The notes: generated from the letters alone by a model not told the origin. Counted from the stretch's first letter, positions 1 to 13,562 are shown. The stretch is 64,000 nt of DNA from Lepidodermella squamata (GCA_047495785.1 JBLDXI010000026.1:496001-560000), one strand, 5' to 3'. Numbers and translations are program-made.

Positions 1-718
1 AGAATGACGCAACGAGGCCAAAAAGTGCCAGCAAAGTCTGTAAGAAAATTAAATTATTCTGGTCATATTTCCGAGAAAAAACTCACAGTTGAGATCGTTA
101 TGATGGTCATAATAATTATGGCGACAGGATAGCGAGACCTTGTTCGATGACTTTTCCTATCGATTTTTGTTATTCCAGGCCAGTCGACTTCTTCCTTGAC
201 GTAGAATTGCTTTTGAAATGCGGGATTCTTTCGGTACCGCCGTTTCGTTGTTTTGAAAACAAGATACGAAATTGCGGGGACAAAAATGAATGAAAGCAGG
301 AGTCCAACAATCGCAGCAGCAAGGAGAAACTTGTATTCTAGAATGCTTCTTCCGATGTTACTAGAAGCGTCATCTTTCTGTCCAATGGCTTCCAAGATCA
401 TCTCCCGAAGAAAACCTCGATTGATATAAAGGCCGAGATGAATAGATGGAACTTATTAAAATGCTTACTTTTAGCCTTTGAAGTTGTTTCCAGTTTGTCG
501 ATGATTTTTCCGGTAAATGAGTACAGATTCGGCCAAGATTCCTGAGATTCATACGAGGCAAGTCGCCCGGCATGAACTGCGCTGACTTGGAATCTATAAG
601 CCGGAAGTGAAATGCTCCAATTTTTGTAGAGCCGGTCGCCGTAATCATCCGTAAACTCTGGAGCCGGGAAGACATCACCAAGAGATTTTGGGAGCGATGT
701 CAAATCTTGGGAAGCCAT
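1..718 (-). CDS. Partial multi-pass membrane protein, weakly prominin-like; runs off the window start
   Basis: ORFs 398..718 and 63..401 join in frame through a ~50 bp gtaagc...ag intron (…SKAK/SFLREMILEA…). TM1 is EYKFLLAAAIVGLLLSFIFVPAISYLVF, followed by a basic loop. TM2 continues after a second intron (gtgagt...ttacag) as TLLALFGLVASF. The family assignment rests on topology only. Confidence 0.5.
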
Positions 719-1341
719 TTTCTGTCACCTGAGGTGTCTGCCCGAGTTTTCAGCAACAATACAAGCTGCCCTGCTCTGAACGGTTGCGGATTACGATAAT
801 CACCGGCCGCCGCGCTGTTGTAGCAAAGTTTTAAGCGGGTGTTAACGTTCACGTGAAATCGGTGTTAAGGAAATTAAATCCCTGATATGATTATATGCAT
901 TATAGCCGGGGGAGAAAAACGCGCGCGGCATGCCAGCCCGCAGCTTAATTGTCATGTTTTTTCACTCACTCCTATTCAAATTTATATTATAACACAGCCC
1001 CCGCTACACAAGGCTACGCGCGCGTGTAATCATCGACCCTTGGTATATATCAAGTAGTGAGATAACCGTCGCCTCTTAACAATTTTGCTACGTTGACGGC
1101 ATTTTGTATAAAAAATTTACTCATTTATATTAATTACGTGGTAGGTATGCTTCTATGTGGATAGCCTGATGCAATAACCACCAGGGTGGCCACTGCAGAC
1201 CGCCTCATTAGATGGAATTATGTCGGACAATCCGCCAGGCTTAACACGCAAAAACGCGGAAAAATCTCGAAAGTCAAGATTTATTAGATTTATTGACATA
1301 ATCGCAGTCTAAAAATAAGAATAAATGCCATTAAGCATTGA

Positions 1342-3635
1342 CTACCAGATGAAGCATTTTTTTGCTGAATTCATCCTGGATTTAGCGCTGCAGTTATACG
1401 CCGTGGAAAATTCCTCGAAATTAGACAGCGGGCCATTGACTCGAAAGTTAACAGGCGAGTGAGGCCGGGCTAAAATTTGAAATTTCAAAGATTCGGGTGT
1501 ATACAGGGTGCACCAAGATTGCGCCCAGCCGATGAAGAATAATTGATCGGACGACAAATTGACAGCTGGTAGCCGGACTTCATATGAATCGTTAGCTCTT
1601 CTATAAGCTTCAAATGCGGCTTTTATCGCACCATTGTCGGCGATGTTCTCGGGAAGGGTCTGATCTGACTTGAGTTTAAGGCCGTTGATTTCATAGACTG
1701 CATATTTGTCAACAAGGCATTTCGTCCGATTTGTGAATTCTTCGTTCGACGAGTTGCTCCACCAATCCGCTAAATTTCCGTACTTGTCAAACTGAAATGC
1801 TTCAAATTATCTTTTGAAAGCCTGGGTGAAAATGAGGCCTACCTGCCGGCCCATGTTATCAAAACCATGGGTGATCTGAAATTCAAATTGAAGTAATGAG
1901 ACCATAGCCTTGATAGAGGACTCACCTCGTGCCCTGCTATCCCTCCGACCGCTCCGTAGTTCAAGGCAATTGGGATCCCATGAGCGTTTCTGAAGAATGG
2001 AGGACCTAAAATGCCAGCTGGTATGACGATTTTGTTCTCGTTAGGGCTGTAGTAAGCATTGACTGCTGCTGGAGAGATTTCCCATTCATCTCTGTTTACT
2101 GGCTCTCCCAGTTTCTGTTTAAAGGAATTCATTTAAAACAGTAACCGCAAGTCATAATGGCTAACCTCAAACATTGTCTTCCTATTAAACCGATAGATGT
2201 TAATTTGATTATCGCAGAAGTCATCAGTTAGATTCAGATCACGATATTTTTCTACTAGAACTGTGGTATTCAGAAGCCAGTCCGGATACCCAACATTCAG
2301 GATCAATGTTTCCATTTTCTCAAGGGCGGCTTTTCGTGTTCTATCGTCCATCCACGGCGCCTCTTCGATTCGACGGCCGAACTCCGTAATCGTAGCTTTG
2401 ATGACTTTCAGAGCTGCTTTTTTGTCAGACTCCTTGAAAAAATGGCTGGCGTAGAACTCCCCGAGATGTATCCCTAACGCGTCTTCAACGTTAGTCAAGC
2501 ATATCTGCCATCGTTCTTGCGATCCTGATGCGCCATCAAACACTTTCCGGAAGGCTTCATCAGCTTCTTGCATCGGGCCTCCAATATAGGGCGCATACTT
2601 GCCTATAGCAGAGAAGATCAAATAGTTTTGAATTGTTCGCCGACCAGACTCTTTTATCAGGTAACGGTTCAACAAGCTTGACATTCTTTTGAAGTAAGAT
2701 TTCCCGTAAATCACAATGGGCGTCCTAGATTTGACGCCAAACCGAGCCGGTTTCAAAATATCACTGAAATATTTAGTCCAATTGAGAAAATTAGCGTTGG
2801 CGTGGAGCCAAGAAATGCTATGCTTGTTATACAGAGCCGCTTGATCTTGAAAATCCGCTTGTGACATCTGAATCTCGGCTAATCTCTTCTCAAAAGCGAT
2901 GACGTCGTAAATAAGATGGCGATTGATGGCCTCTTTCGCCACGCCCTGAATCACAGTCGCGTATTTTTGAAGCAAATCGGCGTAGCCCTGCAAAACTTGG
3001 TCGTTGTTGATGTTTTTCCCGATGTAGTAATCACGGCTATAGCGACCTAAGCCCAGTCCGCTCTGGCTTAATTGGAGAACATTAATTGTCACATTTCGAT
3101 CATCTGGCCCGACGTGAGTCGAAAACAATCCGTTATCCGTGAAAAAGCTTAAAGTTGATAGCTTGTCATTGAGTGACCATGTTGAGATGTTCGGAAATTC
3201 GGATGAATTCAGCATTAATCCACCGAATTTCTGCGAAATGCGCCTCATTGTTCCGACACTTGTGTTTGCCAGGGACTCAGTGTCCATGCACGACTTGTAG
3301 TACCTTCGAAGCTGTTTTCTAGAATTTGTCTCATTTACCGATCCATGACGTTCCAGGAGACTTCTGATTTGACGCCTGATAATGTTTTCGACTATGGTGA
3401 ATTGTTGAAGCTTATTCTCGCCGTTAGGGATGTTTTGCCTCAGCTGAAAGCCGCCGCAAGCGAATTGATAAAAATCTTCGCAGGGGTCGACTGATTGATC
3501 GATAGCGCTAAGGATGTCTCCAGCAGTTATGACACACTCAGGCGTGAGGCAGGTGTCACATTTTTGTTGAAAACACGAAATTCTAGGCCAGACGTAAGCA
3601 AAAGCTAAGAAATTCAGGAGAAGAAGCTTGGCCAT
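1342..3635 (-). CDS. Neprilysin/ECE-like M13 zinc metallopeptidase, probably secreted; 4 exons (3635-2166, 2114-1926, 1875-1843, 1791-1342)
   Basis: Motifs CLTPEC, VDPCEDFYQFACG, VGYPD, VNAYY, NYGAVG, HEITH (split by an intron), ENIAD, HSP..FRV and C-terminal CFIW. Three 50-51 bp GT-AG introns restore one frame. The N-terminus MAKLLLLNFLAFA looks like a signal peptide. Confidence 0.95.
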
Positions 3636-3756
3636 GAAGAAATGGTTTATTTTCACTTCAAAATATCGTGTGTCAAAGATCCATCATAAAAAGTATATAG
3701 CAATAATCATGAGTAAATCAATATGAGCGATGACGAGGGGCTAATTCAATAACGCA

Positions 3757-4189
3757 TCAATTCCCGTTCATTATGTCCTGAGCGGCTAGCTGGGCCCAGA
3801 CGTAGAAGCCGACTTTTTGCTCGCACAGTACTTCATATTTCAGTTTGGCCACGCATTTTTTCAGGCGCCGTTGGTATGATGTCATCCTAATATGGTTCAG
3901 CGTTGCCATCAGGTCTTTGACATCGCCAGCTTCAATGTATTTATTAACAGTATCAACTGAGGCGAAAGTAAACATTATTAGCTACAAAAACTCATTTGGT
4001 CTTGAACTTACCAAGTTTGTTCATTCTAACTTGAGGCGATACTTCCGTAAGTGGATTTACAGTAGTTGCTGCTCCGATATCCCGCAACGCTCCACTTTTG
4101 CTTTGAATGGCGTGGCGCTTCTGCTTTGGCCAAGCGGCAGTGATTACGCAAAGTTTAAAGGCAATAAAGCAGATTGTTATTACATTCAT
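3757..4189 (-). CDS. Secreted C-X9-C precursor family, copy 1 (2 exons; intron 4011-3957)
   Basis: Signal peptide MNVITICFIAFKLCVITAA, phase-1 gtaagt...cag intron, C-terminus QRRLKKCVAKLKYEVLCEQKVGFYVWAQLAAQDIM. Confidence 0.8.
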
Positions 4190-4624
4190 TTTTTTAACGA
4201 ATGCACAAAAGTGTCGGCGAAAATACGAACTGTGCCGTCAAGTGACAACCAGGGTGTCCTAGTTGAAAATGCGACCTGTTAAACAGATTAACAAGTCCTA
4301 GTCATGGCCAACTCACGGGCTTGGAACCGCGCCTGAGTGGGTGTCCTTCTGTGATTCAACTCGGAAATGAAATGCGTGTATCGAATTTCCGAATTTCCGA
4401 GAAGTGAGCTGCAAATCTAATGTATAATTTGTCCATCATGTTCGTAGCATTGATACACAATAAAATTCGTGACTGATTAGCTAAGCGCAAGCACGTATGC
4501 TTTATTTTGGCAAGCCATTTATTGAATTGTGCCAGTTATTGACTGGCAATAAGAAATTAAATTAAAAAACCGTAATTAAAAAATATTTGGGACTTTTGTT
4601 CCTCTGATTGGTCAGCCTGTCATA

Positions 4625-5149
4625 TCAGTTTCTCTTCAATTCTTTCGCTATCAGTTGAGCGCAGATGTAGTAGCTAGAGGCATAGTCGCATTTCATATCA
4701 TCTCGTAGCGTAGCTACGCATTTCTGAACACGGCCGCGATTGCTTGGAGCAACCGATTGCTGCATGAGTGCCGCAGCCTTCTCCGGCTTGACGTAGTATC
4801 CAGCGCACTTGCCTGCTTGAAACATCAAAGTTACATTTAAGACAGCTCATCATATTATTAACTCACCAAGTGCTTTTGTTGGTTCGGCCTTGACCTGAAT
4901 AGCTTTCTCGAGGGCAGATTTCACAGTGTCCTTCAGCTGCTGCGAAAGCTTCAGTTGGGAAGAGATTCCACGAAGGTTGCTCCTTTCAGGGGGCTTTTCC
5001 GTTGTTTGCAGCTTGCTGTCCTTCGTATCGGTCCGAAGCTTCCAGCTTGGCCTGTTAGCTCCGAGGAAGGATTTCGACTCTCCTAGGAGCATCGCCAGTA
5101 CAAGAAGGAAGCTAATCATTTGAAAACTCATTGCATGACAAAATTGCAT
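4625..5149 (-). CDS. Secreted C-X9-C precursor family, copy 2 (2 exons, most divergent)
   Basis: Signal peptide ISFLLVLAMLLGESKS, phase-1 gtgagt intron at ~4866-4815, C-terminus RVQKCVATLRDDMKCDYASSYYICAQLIAKELK. Confidence 0.75.
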
Positions 5150-6675
5150 GTTGTGTTGATTAAACCAGCTTGTTTAGGGGTCTGATTTTTCGAGAGGGCG
5201 CGAAAACCCTATTACATGCGATGGCGGATATAACATGTGATTAGGTAGGTAGCATTTGTAAGACGAGCCGTATAATTTGTCTACCCACTCACTATTTTTC
5301 CCTTACGCACGTATCGAGAGGCGACATCATCGAAATCTGATTGAAATGCTCTAATTAGGCGTAAAGAATTGATTTATTATCTTCACAGTTGGTTGCACGT
5401 CATAACAAAGAGTGAATGAAGGATAGGATTACAGTGTCAGCGGTGTCATCGAGTTCAGTGGCACTTAGCGGAATTGGATGATGTCCCGAGCAACCAGTTG
5501 TTGAACTCTCGCGTAGGAAAACTTAACTTACCCGACATTTCCAATTCGAGGACAAAAAATAAGAGACGTTGCAAGCCCGATCCCTATTCTCAGGTGTTTG
5601 AAAAGGCAACAGCTGGCGTGTACTCCCAATTTTCATATGACTGAGAAGATGTAGAGTTAGGGCCGAAATCGCTTGCCACGTCTCATATATCCACACAGTC
5701 ATGAGTATGAATATGAGCCAAAGCGACGAAAGTCGGACGGCTGCTAATTATTAATCTTTTATATTGAACGAATTTAAGGATATTGATAATAAAACCTACA
5801 TTTACCATATATCCACACAGTCAGTGCGCGAAGTAGGATTCTTGAACGGGCCACCAAATTAATGACCAAATCGTCTCCCCTTTGATTTTTTTGGCTTTTT
5901 CACCTGACTTTTGAATCTGAAAAGGAGATACAATATTCTCCATTTCCCGGGTACTCCGCGCACTGCACACCCTTTATTTGCTCAACTATTGCTTCGGAAA
6001 TTAGAATTAGATGACTTTGAGCTTGGATCGTTTTCGAACTCAACCTTGTGCTCCAGCTTCAAGCATCGAAATGGAGACATCTTGCTGAGGGATATGCTGA
6101 TAAGTGGAATCTCCGTATTTGCATCATCGTTTACGCGAAAAATTGAAGAAGAATCGTTGACGCAAGTTGATACTTTATGATTTCTGATTATGATTATGAT
6201 TATGATGTTTAATGAGCCATTAATTAAATTGAATATTTATCAGTCATTAAAGGTGAATAAACATGAGATTAAGCCGGATTATTGCCCATAAACTGTCTGT
6301 GTATTCTATGAACCTGGATGTTGTGAACAAGTTCGACGATTAAAAATTTATGAGCTATAATGAATCAGATGAAAACCTTGCTCTCTACCCGCGGTGTTGA
6401 CGACTGACGACAGAGCTTTTAGTAGACATGGGCACGATGAAACCTGTGAAGCGCGGACTCAGGACTGTTTAATCCGAGAATTCTTAACACAAACGTCCAC
6501 TACATTCAGTGCAGTTGAGTTATGTGCAGTTGGAATTACTTTGAAAATTGCGTCTTACTTCTGTTCTAGTATCCCAAGTTATTCTAATCCATCGGCGATA
6601 AGCCAGCTCTCGAATAAAAAGGGTAATGGTGAAGGGTTGTAATTTAGTATCATTTCGATAGCATTTGGAAAAGCC

Positions 6676-7903
6676 ATGAACAAGACAAATTCAACGCTAA
6701 TTGACCCATCATGCTGGAAGTTGGCCCGAGACGACTCGCTGCTTGTCATAATCGGTCTCGGCTACGTCCTTCCCGTTTTCCACGTTCTTGGTTTCATCGG
6801 TAACACATTGAGCTTCGCAATTCTTCGCAATTCGCAGCATTTTAAATCACCAAGTTATGTTTATCTAAAATTTTTGTCTGCGATTCAAATGGCCACTCTA
6901 ATCGGCCAATGGTTTTGGGTAGTTTTCCTGCTTCATTTCCACGGCGAGGCATGGACTCACCCAGTTTGGTCCTACTTCATTTGGCCACTCCTAAGCTGGT
7001 CGTGTACCCAATCTGTTGTCTTCACCCTTGCTTACACGATTCATCGCTACTTTTTCATTCGGCGGAACAAATCTTCGCTTCCAGGAATCGCCGTGTCCAG
7101 AGAAAGGGAACATGCTTCTAAAATTTGTTTTGCCTTGATGGCCTTAGGGACAATGCTGAATTTGCCGAGGATGGTTGCTTTTGGATCAAAACCTCCATCG
7201 AAGTGCAGCGGCTACCGCTTCAACAGCATGTTCGACTACTATTTCTACATTTATTCGATCGCTCGGTTTTTCGTCTACAACATAGGTGATACCCAAGAAT
7301 TTTTGTGATGAATTGTCCCTGAAATTGAACTTTCAGGCTGCCTAACTATGTTAGTGATCTTCAATTTTCTTTTGATTGCTACGGTCGTTAAATCCTATCG
7401 GCATCGTCGGCTATTGAGAAACGATACCTTGCGTAATTGTCGCCATCTAAATCAACAGAACTCTCTCACTTTGATGATCGTTTTTGGAACCATATTCACG
7501 GTCCTAGGCGAAATACCGGTAAGATTCGATTCAAATTCACGTTGTTTCCATGATAACAACTTTCTTTCAGGTGATCCTTGTGAATCCCGTGACCGATGTA
7601 TTGGTTTGGGAAAGGTTCGATATCATTGGAAAAGAGCTGCTGCGAAAGTTCCTGTATTGCGCAATGGTGATGGGATTTCTGGAGTACAGCGCTAATTTCT
7701 TGATATACTTCATTGGCAATCGGTTATTTCGACGGGCGCTTCTCGCGGAATTCAGAGTGACACAGCAATATTTACCTTTTATAAAATGGACTCAATCAAC
7801 TACAGCAGGCGGCCAGTCGGAAAGTTTCGAGGGACACAAGAAGGAATTATCGCAAATTGCGTTCATCGACTCGGAAAATGAAAGTGCTCATGTCTGGAAG
7901 TAA
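6676..7903 (+). CDS. Rhodopsin-class peptide GPCR (FMRFamide/myosuppressin/sex-peptide-receptor-like type), 3 exons (6676-7285, 7337-7518, 7571-7903), ~374 aa
   Basis: N-glycosylation sequons at the N-terminus. TM1 GFIGNTLS, TM2 YLKFLS, TM3 TIHRY (DRY equivalent), TM4 NLPR, TM6 GEIP, TM7 SANFLIY, helix 8 FRRALL. Two 51-52 bp introns join the three ORFs in frame. Confidence 0.88.
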
Positions 7904-8100
7904 CGTGACTTCAAAAGCATAATAAATAGATGACTCATGTACTTATCATTATTCCAAATTTATTGTCAAGTTCATCTTTCAAATATGTAGCGTACATCAA
8001 ACTATACACACATGATACAAACGCGAATCTGAAGGCGACGTACTTCATCACAGCAGCATCCTCAGATAGTTCATTCGGGTGCTGTTGATTCCACGTGAAA

Positions 8101-8483
8101 TCAGTGATTTTTCATAATGTCCTGAGCCATTAGCTGAGTCCAGATGTAGAAACTCATTTGATTGTTGCAAATTGCGGCAGATTTCAGCATTTGCACGCAT
8201 TCCCGCATCCTACGCTGCCGAGTGAGCTCACGGACACGAGCATCAGCATCAAATCGTCTGTTGGACTTTTCGATATCAAGCTATGGGTTTTACTTGCCAG
8301 AGTCTGCAGTAGGTGCTTTCGAACAAGCTGGCTAAGTGTTCTCGTGCGATTACCGAAATCTTTCGTTTTTGAGTTGGAGGTTCTCCTTAGGAGGATGGAA
8401 GCAAGTTGCGAATGCCCTTCCGTCACTAAGCTTGTCGCTATTGTAGCAATGAGCAGAAGGCAGCAAAATAGTTTGGCAAACAT
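8101..8483 (-). pseudogene. C-X9-C precursor family, copy 3, frameshifted
   Basis: Signal peptide and pro-region are in one frame. RQRRMRECVQMLKSAAICNNQMSFYIWTQLMAQDIMKNH* is in another. Removing a 2-nt GT duplication at ~8234-8237 restores the ORF. Confidence 0.75.
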
Positions 8484-9495
8484 TTTCCACAGATTATACT
8501 TGCCGTAGAGGATCCGTCAAGTAATTTTGTAGTCGTCTTTGACCAGAGCTAACGCTAACGTAATTTCGTTGTTTACGCTGAAAAGACAAACGCTCATAGT
8601 CACTTCCGAGAGCGATTGCACTTTGACATTTGGTGAACGTCAGTGCGTTTATATGCTCCTCGATCACCTCTGACATGCCCAGACGCTCCGTTGCGAGTAC
8701 GAAACCGCAATACAGTATTCTCAGTCCATAATGAATAATTGATATCAATTAGGTTTGAGAACTTCTCATACTTACATACTTTACGACAACGTGTTTTGCG
8801 TTTTTTTCAACACGAACTATGGAAATCGTGTCCGGTACTTGAAAACATGACCTTTGCCTTCATCTCCGACAACTATCCGACAAATTTGACTACGGCTTCT
8901 ATAAATGCCCCTTTATCCCAAACTTAATGAATCGGATCCTTCGAAGCGAGTTCTTTATTGACGTCAACATCGGGATGTTAGGCACATCATTAATTTGTGG
9001 CGACAATTTTCAGGATTTTGCGGTTCAAATTTATTATTCTGGCGTCCTTGTTTTCTCGCATGAAGCGACTGCGGCAATCGTACCTGAGTTCACCTTTTCC
9101 TTAATACAAGTAGAAATATATTCGGCAATGCAGAACTGAAACAAGAATGGTCACCTGTTTAGACTCAATCCTACCGCGATTAGGTTGAAAGCTAAATTTT
9201 TGGACCCTAGAAATGAAACACAAAAGTCTCTTGTTGTTATTGGCGTTAGAAAAGCGAAATAGATTCGAGGATTGATCATTGTGGGGAAAACAGATGACCC
9301 AGACATCCTTCCTGTTCCTACTACATTCTTTCCAAGGTACCGTAAAATATGATCGATAACGCTATTCAAGTTTTATTAAAGAAAAAGTTGGTAATAGATA
9401 TATATTAACCAGCAATAATTATATGGAAGGCAATCCCTTTATTCGCCAAGCCACACGTGTTACGTGTTTTCCAACTCTGGACTCTGGAGCGATCT

Positions 9496-9876
9496 TCAGG
9501 CAGATTCCATCATTTTACGAGCCAATATCCGAGCCCAGATGTAGAAACTAGCTTGATTGTTGCAGATTGCCTGCGAGCTGAACTTTTCGAGACATGCGCG
9601 CATCTTCTGCTGCCGAATGTATAGCAAAGCCAACTGGATGATTCTTTCTTCAACCCGACTCAATGTTACCAAGCTGTTAGAATCGGTTGATTGTGATCGT
9701 GATAGCATTCTCTTCACAATCTGGTTGATCCTGACTAATCTTTCCTTGGCCTGGTGCGGAGATAATTTCGAAGAGATGGAATCTATCGAACTTGGAACCT
9801 GGTGAGCTCTTACAGCTAGATTCGAAAATAAGATGACAGACGCGAATGCTGTTGAAGAAAGCACGTAGATATTCAT
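9496..9876 (-). CDS. C-X9-C precursor family, copy 4 (type B)
   Basis: Single ORF, signal peptide, RQQKMRACLEKFSSQAICNNQASFYIWARILARKMM. Confidence 0.85.
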   Translation of the reverse strand: MNIYVLSSTAFASVILFSNLAVRAHQVPSSIDSISSKLSPHQAKERLVRINQIVKRMLSRSQSTDSNSLVTLSRVEERIIQLALLYIRQQKMRACLEKFSSQAICNNQASFYIWARILARKMMESA

Positions 9877-10968
9877 GATCTCGCGATGTATGAAAATGAG
9901 AGCAACCTATACACCTTAGCACATTTAAGAAGTATAAGCCCCTACAAAACGTCCGGGGAGGTGGCGCGTCATTAAATTTAAAAATAGCGCAAAAAATCAG
10001 CGCCAATTTTTTGAGTCTAGACATTGCTACATTGCTAAGTTCCAGGATGCATGTCGTTATTTCATGTCAAGGTATAACTGGTTAATGAAAGAATGTCATA
10101 TTCTGTCGTTCAAAATTGACGCATATGGCTAAGTGGTTTATCCACTGTTTACTGCAAACGTTTTGAAACTAATTGGGATGAGGCTTAAATTCAACTTACC
10201 TGCGCGAGGTAATGCACTTATCTTTAGCGTGGTATCGGCCTAGTGTGCCACCACGGCATTCGACTGTTCAGGGATATTTTTTTTAACCCATGTTCGTAAT
10301 AGGCCTTCGTCATTCATGTGATTCTCAGAATAGAAAAAATGGCGTAATAATTCTGATGCCCGAAAAAATGTACTGGGAAAGGTACCGGATGCAGAACCAC
10401 CTGTCTCCTTAATTATTTCTGCGTCCCTTCGAAAGCAAGACGAAAACTTGCTTCCAGATTTGTTTTCCAGATTTGTACTTGCATGAGGCAGAAATAAAAA
10501 TGTTCCGTTTTTAGCTTCGGAATTAAAAATATACGAAACTCAGAATAGATTCAGTTTCTATTTTTAGCATCATATATACATGCGTTGACAAAGTTTAGTA
10601 GTTCTGCATCATTTGCATCGTTGTACCGTACAAAGTTAAAATGTTGTCCGGTAATCCGGTACAATTATGTTCGCACTTTGGGAAGTTGTGGCAGGAGCTT
10701 GCTTCAAACTCTTCATTCTCTTAAAAATAATTGCAGCCAACAAAAATGATTGAAATTTATTCATTCGGGATGGATTGTTTGAATTACCCCGCTTCGACCA
10801 GGTTAAGGGTTAAGTATAGCTGAAATAAATAAAAACAAGTAAAATATCTTTTTGATATAGTAAGAAGAAGTAAGACAAGACTCAATAAAAATCATTTATG
10901 CGTTTACCAATGATATTCAGAGTTTAAGTTGGTTTCCGACAACCAAATGATGGGTCCACGAGCGTTGC

Positions 10969-11352
10969 TCAGGCAAAGCGTTCCATCATGTTCCGAGCCA
11001 ATACTTGAGCCAAAATGTAGAAACTAACTTTATTGTTACATATTGTTTTGGAATTGAACTTTTCCATGCATTTGTTCATTTTTTGTTGCCGAAAGTGTTG
11101 TCGAACCAAGTGGATTATATTTTCCTCGACAAGGTTCACTGGTATCAAGCTGTTAGAATTTGCGGCTGATCGCGAAATCATTTTTTCAGCTATCTGTTTG
11201 ATCCTATCCACTCGCTTTTTAGGCTGGTATCTAAATGATTTCGTTGCTGTTCTGAAGCCGTCCCCGGAAGCCGCATTGAGGCTAGAGCCAGTCAGATTCG
11301 TAAAGACCAAGATACAGGCTAGTGCCGTCAAAGAATTCCAGAAGATATTCAT
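10969..11352 (-). CDS. C-X9-C precursor family, copy 5 (type A)
   Basis: ATG at 11352, signal peptide, RQQKMNKCMEKFNSKTICNNKVSFYILAQVLARNMM. Confidence 0.85.
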   Translation of the reverse strand: MNIFWNSLTALACILVFTNLTGSSLNAASGDGFRTATKSFRYQPKKRVDRIKQIAEKMISRSAANSNSLIPVNLVEENIIHLVRQHFRQQKMNKCMEKFNSKTICNNKVSFYILAQVLARNMMERFA

Positions 11353-12525
11353 AATCTCTAATTGCAACGAAGTGAGCGACCTGCGATCCTTAGTTATCAG
11401 AACATGTCCAATTGAATAGAGACAGTATGAGGGAGTAAAATCTCAGACAAACAATCGTGTAAAATTATATAAATAGCATCTCTGTGACACGTATGGTGTT
11501 GGACTACATTATAATATCCAGAACGTCGTCGACTTATCACGCCGCGCACTGTAAGCAGGTTGATTTTCAGAATTTCATGAATTTGAATGATCATTTCTGT
11601 ATGTCATTTCGAAGTGGATTATAGGGGATATCGTCGTTGAATAACTCTTTCGCGCAAGTAAAATAGACCCATTTACTTTTGGCAATTCTATGTGACAAAC
11701 TGGGAGACTTCAGCACTACTTTTGCAAGAGGATATTATGATGTTTATGATATTTACTCGCTTAGAGAACCGCCCTTATTAACTTCGATAGGCGACCTTGT
11801 GACATGCGGTGTAAGTTTATGTTTGGTTAGGATATAAATATTAGGGTTTGTTAGGGTTTGAAGTCGTATTAAGACATACTCTCCTGAATATGAACAGTTT
11901 TACACGCGCGACAAAGGTTTACGTTTGAAATCTTCCTCGATCTTCGGTAATTTCTAAGATCCTCTTCCATAAGTCCCAAAACAATTTATTCTCATTTATT
12001 CTCCGATCTGGTCCGGATGATCCCCCATTCCCTTGAAAAGCGCACACTGTTTTCCAGGACAGAAGAGGCATCCTGCTTTTGTCTAGTACTTACTGGCTAA
12101 TATAATCCCGCAACATCAGCCAGAGTGACCTCTGTCTATATCTCCGACAACACTAATTAACTGTGAAGTTTTACTACAGTTACTAAAGGTCACTTTCCTT
12201 TCGTTCTTTATCCCACAATTGCTGATTCGGATCGTGTCTTTGAATGATGCCAGCATCCTAGTAATTAAGGACAGCGTCAATCGTTGAAAGTAATTTTTAA
12301 AAGAAACCCAATGCTAAAATGTTACTTGTACGTAAAACAACGCATTATCTCCTCGAATCTTTAGTGCTTCCAATGTTATTAATTCCCATTGGATAAGGAG
12401 CGGTTTCGACGATGAAAGACCTGGAATAAAGCTGGAGGTAGTTGGCCTCGTTTTTGAAAATTTCTGCGACTATGGCGATCAGTGATCAGGATTCAGGATT
12501 CAGGAAACAAAATGATCCGGCTATG

Positions 12526-12838
12526 TATTATGTATAATAATAATAATTTCTGTTTCAAAGCGAGCTTTGACGACTAGAAGGGCATGCCACTTACTCTAGC
12601 CCTAGGTCTTTTCGTAAGTGAGTGAAATTTCCGTATGACGGGGTTTGACTGGTGCAGTCTAGCTGACACTCCCAGTCTACAAATTTTCTATTTCGTAAAG
12701 CGATGGATTGGTAAAACCACCGCGGGGCCGAGGGGGGACTCGTCCTGGTTCCGTCACTAGGACTTGAACCCAGTCCCGAGCGATATCCCCTCAGATACAC
12801 AGCAGCTCAACGACCCAACTGAGCCACCGTGCCTCCCT
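12526..12838 (-). mobile_element. tRNA-derived SINE
   Basis: Minus strand has a Pol III A box TGGCTCAGTTGG, a B box GGTTCAAGTCC and a (TTA)n tail. It is absent from the paralogous site near 23345 and flanked by tatg on both sides. Confidence 0.75.
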
Positions 12839-13082
12839 GATATGATGAATAAAAGAAGAAATAAAGTTGATTTAAACAATGACCTCTTGAAATATAACTC
12901 GTGATTTTATTTTTTGTACTAATTGTTGAAAATAGGAACCAAATCACTGATAAACGAATGACTGTATATGAAGAGTATTCATGTTAATGAAAGTTAAACT
13001 CGTTTAAAGGTCCTTTATTGCTCAGGTAATCGCGTACCGCAAGTAATGAGCTGCCCTCTCTGGGTGTCATAGCTTTGAAATA

Positions 13083-13370
13083 CAGGGTGACTTTTTTATA
13101 GTGGCAATAATCCATGTTAGCAATAATTGCGTCTAGTACTAAATCATCTTTGTATGGCGAGTACTTGCATGTCGATTTCTCCAAACTTAACGAACTCGTG
13201 CTAGCAATAAAATTTTATGAATGGCCTGGTATTACGCGATAATTATCAGATAGAGTTTGAAGAGTTTGGAGAAATCGACTTTGGTGCAGTGCAAGTACTC
13301 GCAATACTAGACAGTACTAGTCCCGATTAATGCTAACAAAGATTATTTCCACTATAAAAAAGTCACCCTG
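13083..13370. mobile_element. MITE with TA target duplication (Tc1/mariner-type)
   Basis: TIR cagggtgacttttttatagtgg / ccactataaaaaagtcaccctg flanked by TA. It is absent from the duplicate near 23580. Confidence 0.85.
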
Positions 13371-13562
13371 TAAATAAATAAATTAAGTAAAGAGCGACAA
13401 GGTTATATGAAAAATAGAACTAAATAAAAAACAAGTAGTTAAGTGAAGAAGACTACAGTTGATATTGGCACTACATATATTTTCATCAGCAACAGTTTCA
13501 AGGTGAGCCAATTTGCCAGGCCATAATGTTTGGTTGAAGTGATGCGGACAAGAAAGTGTTCC

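Noticed and set aside
12740-12838. tRNA gene
   Set aside because: A and B boxes are present, but I see no cloverleaf. It has a tail and an empty paralogous site, so it is a SINE.
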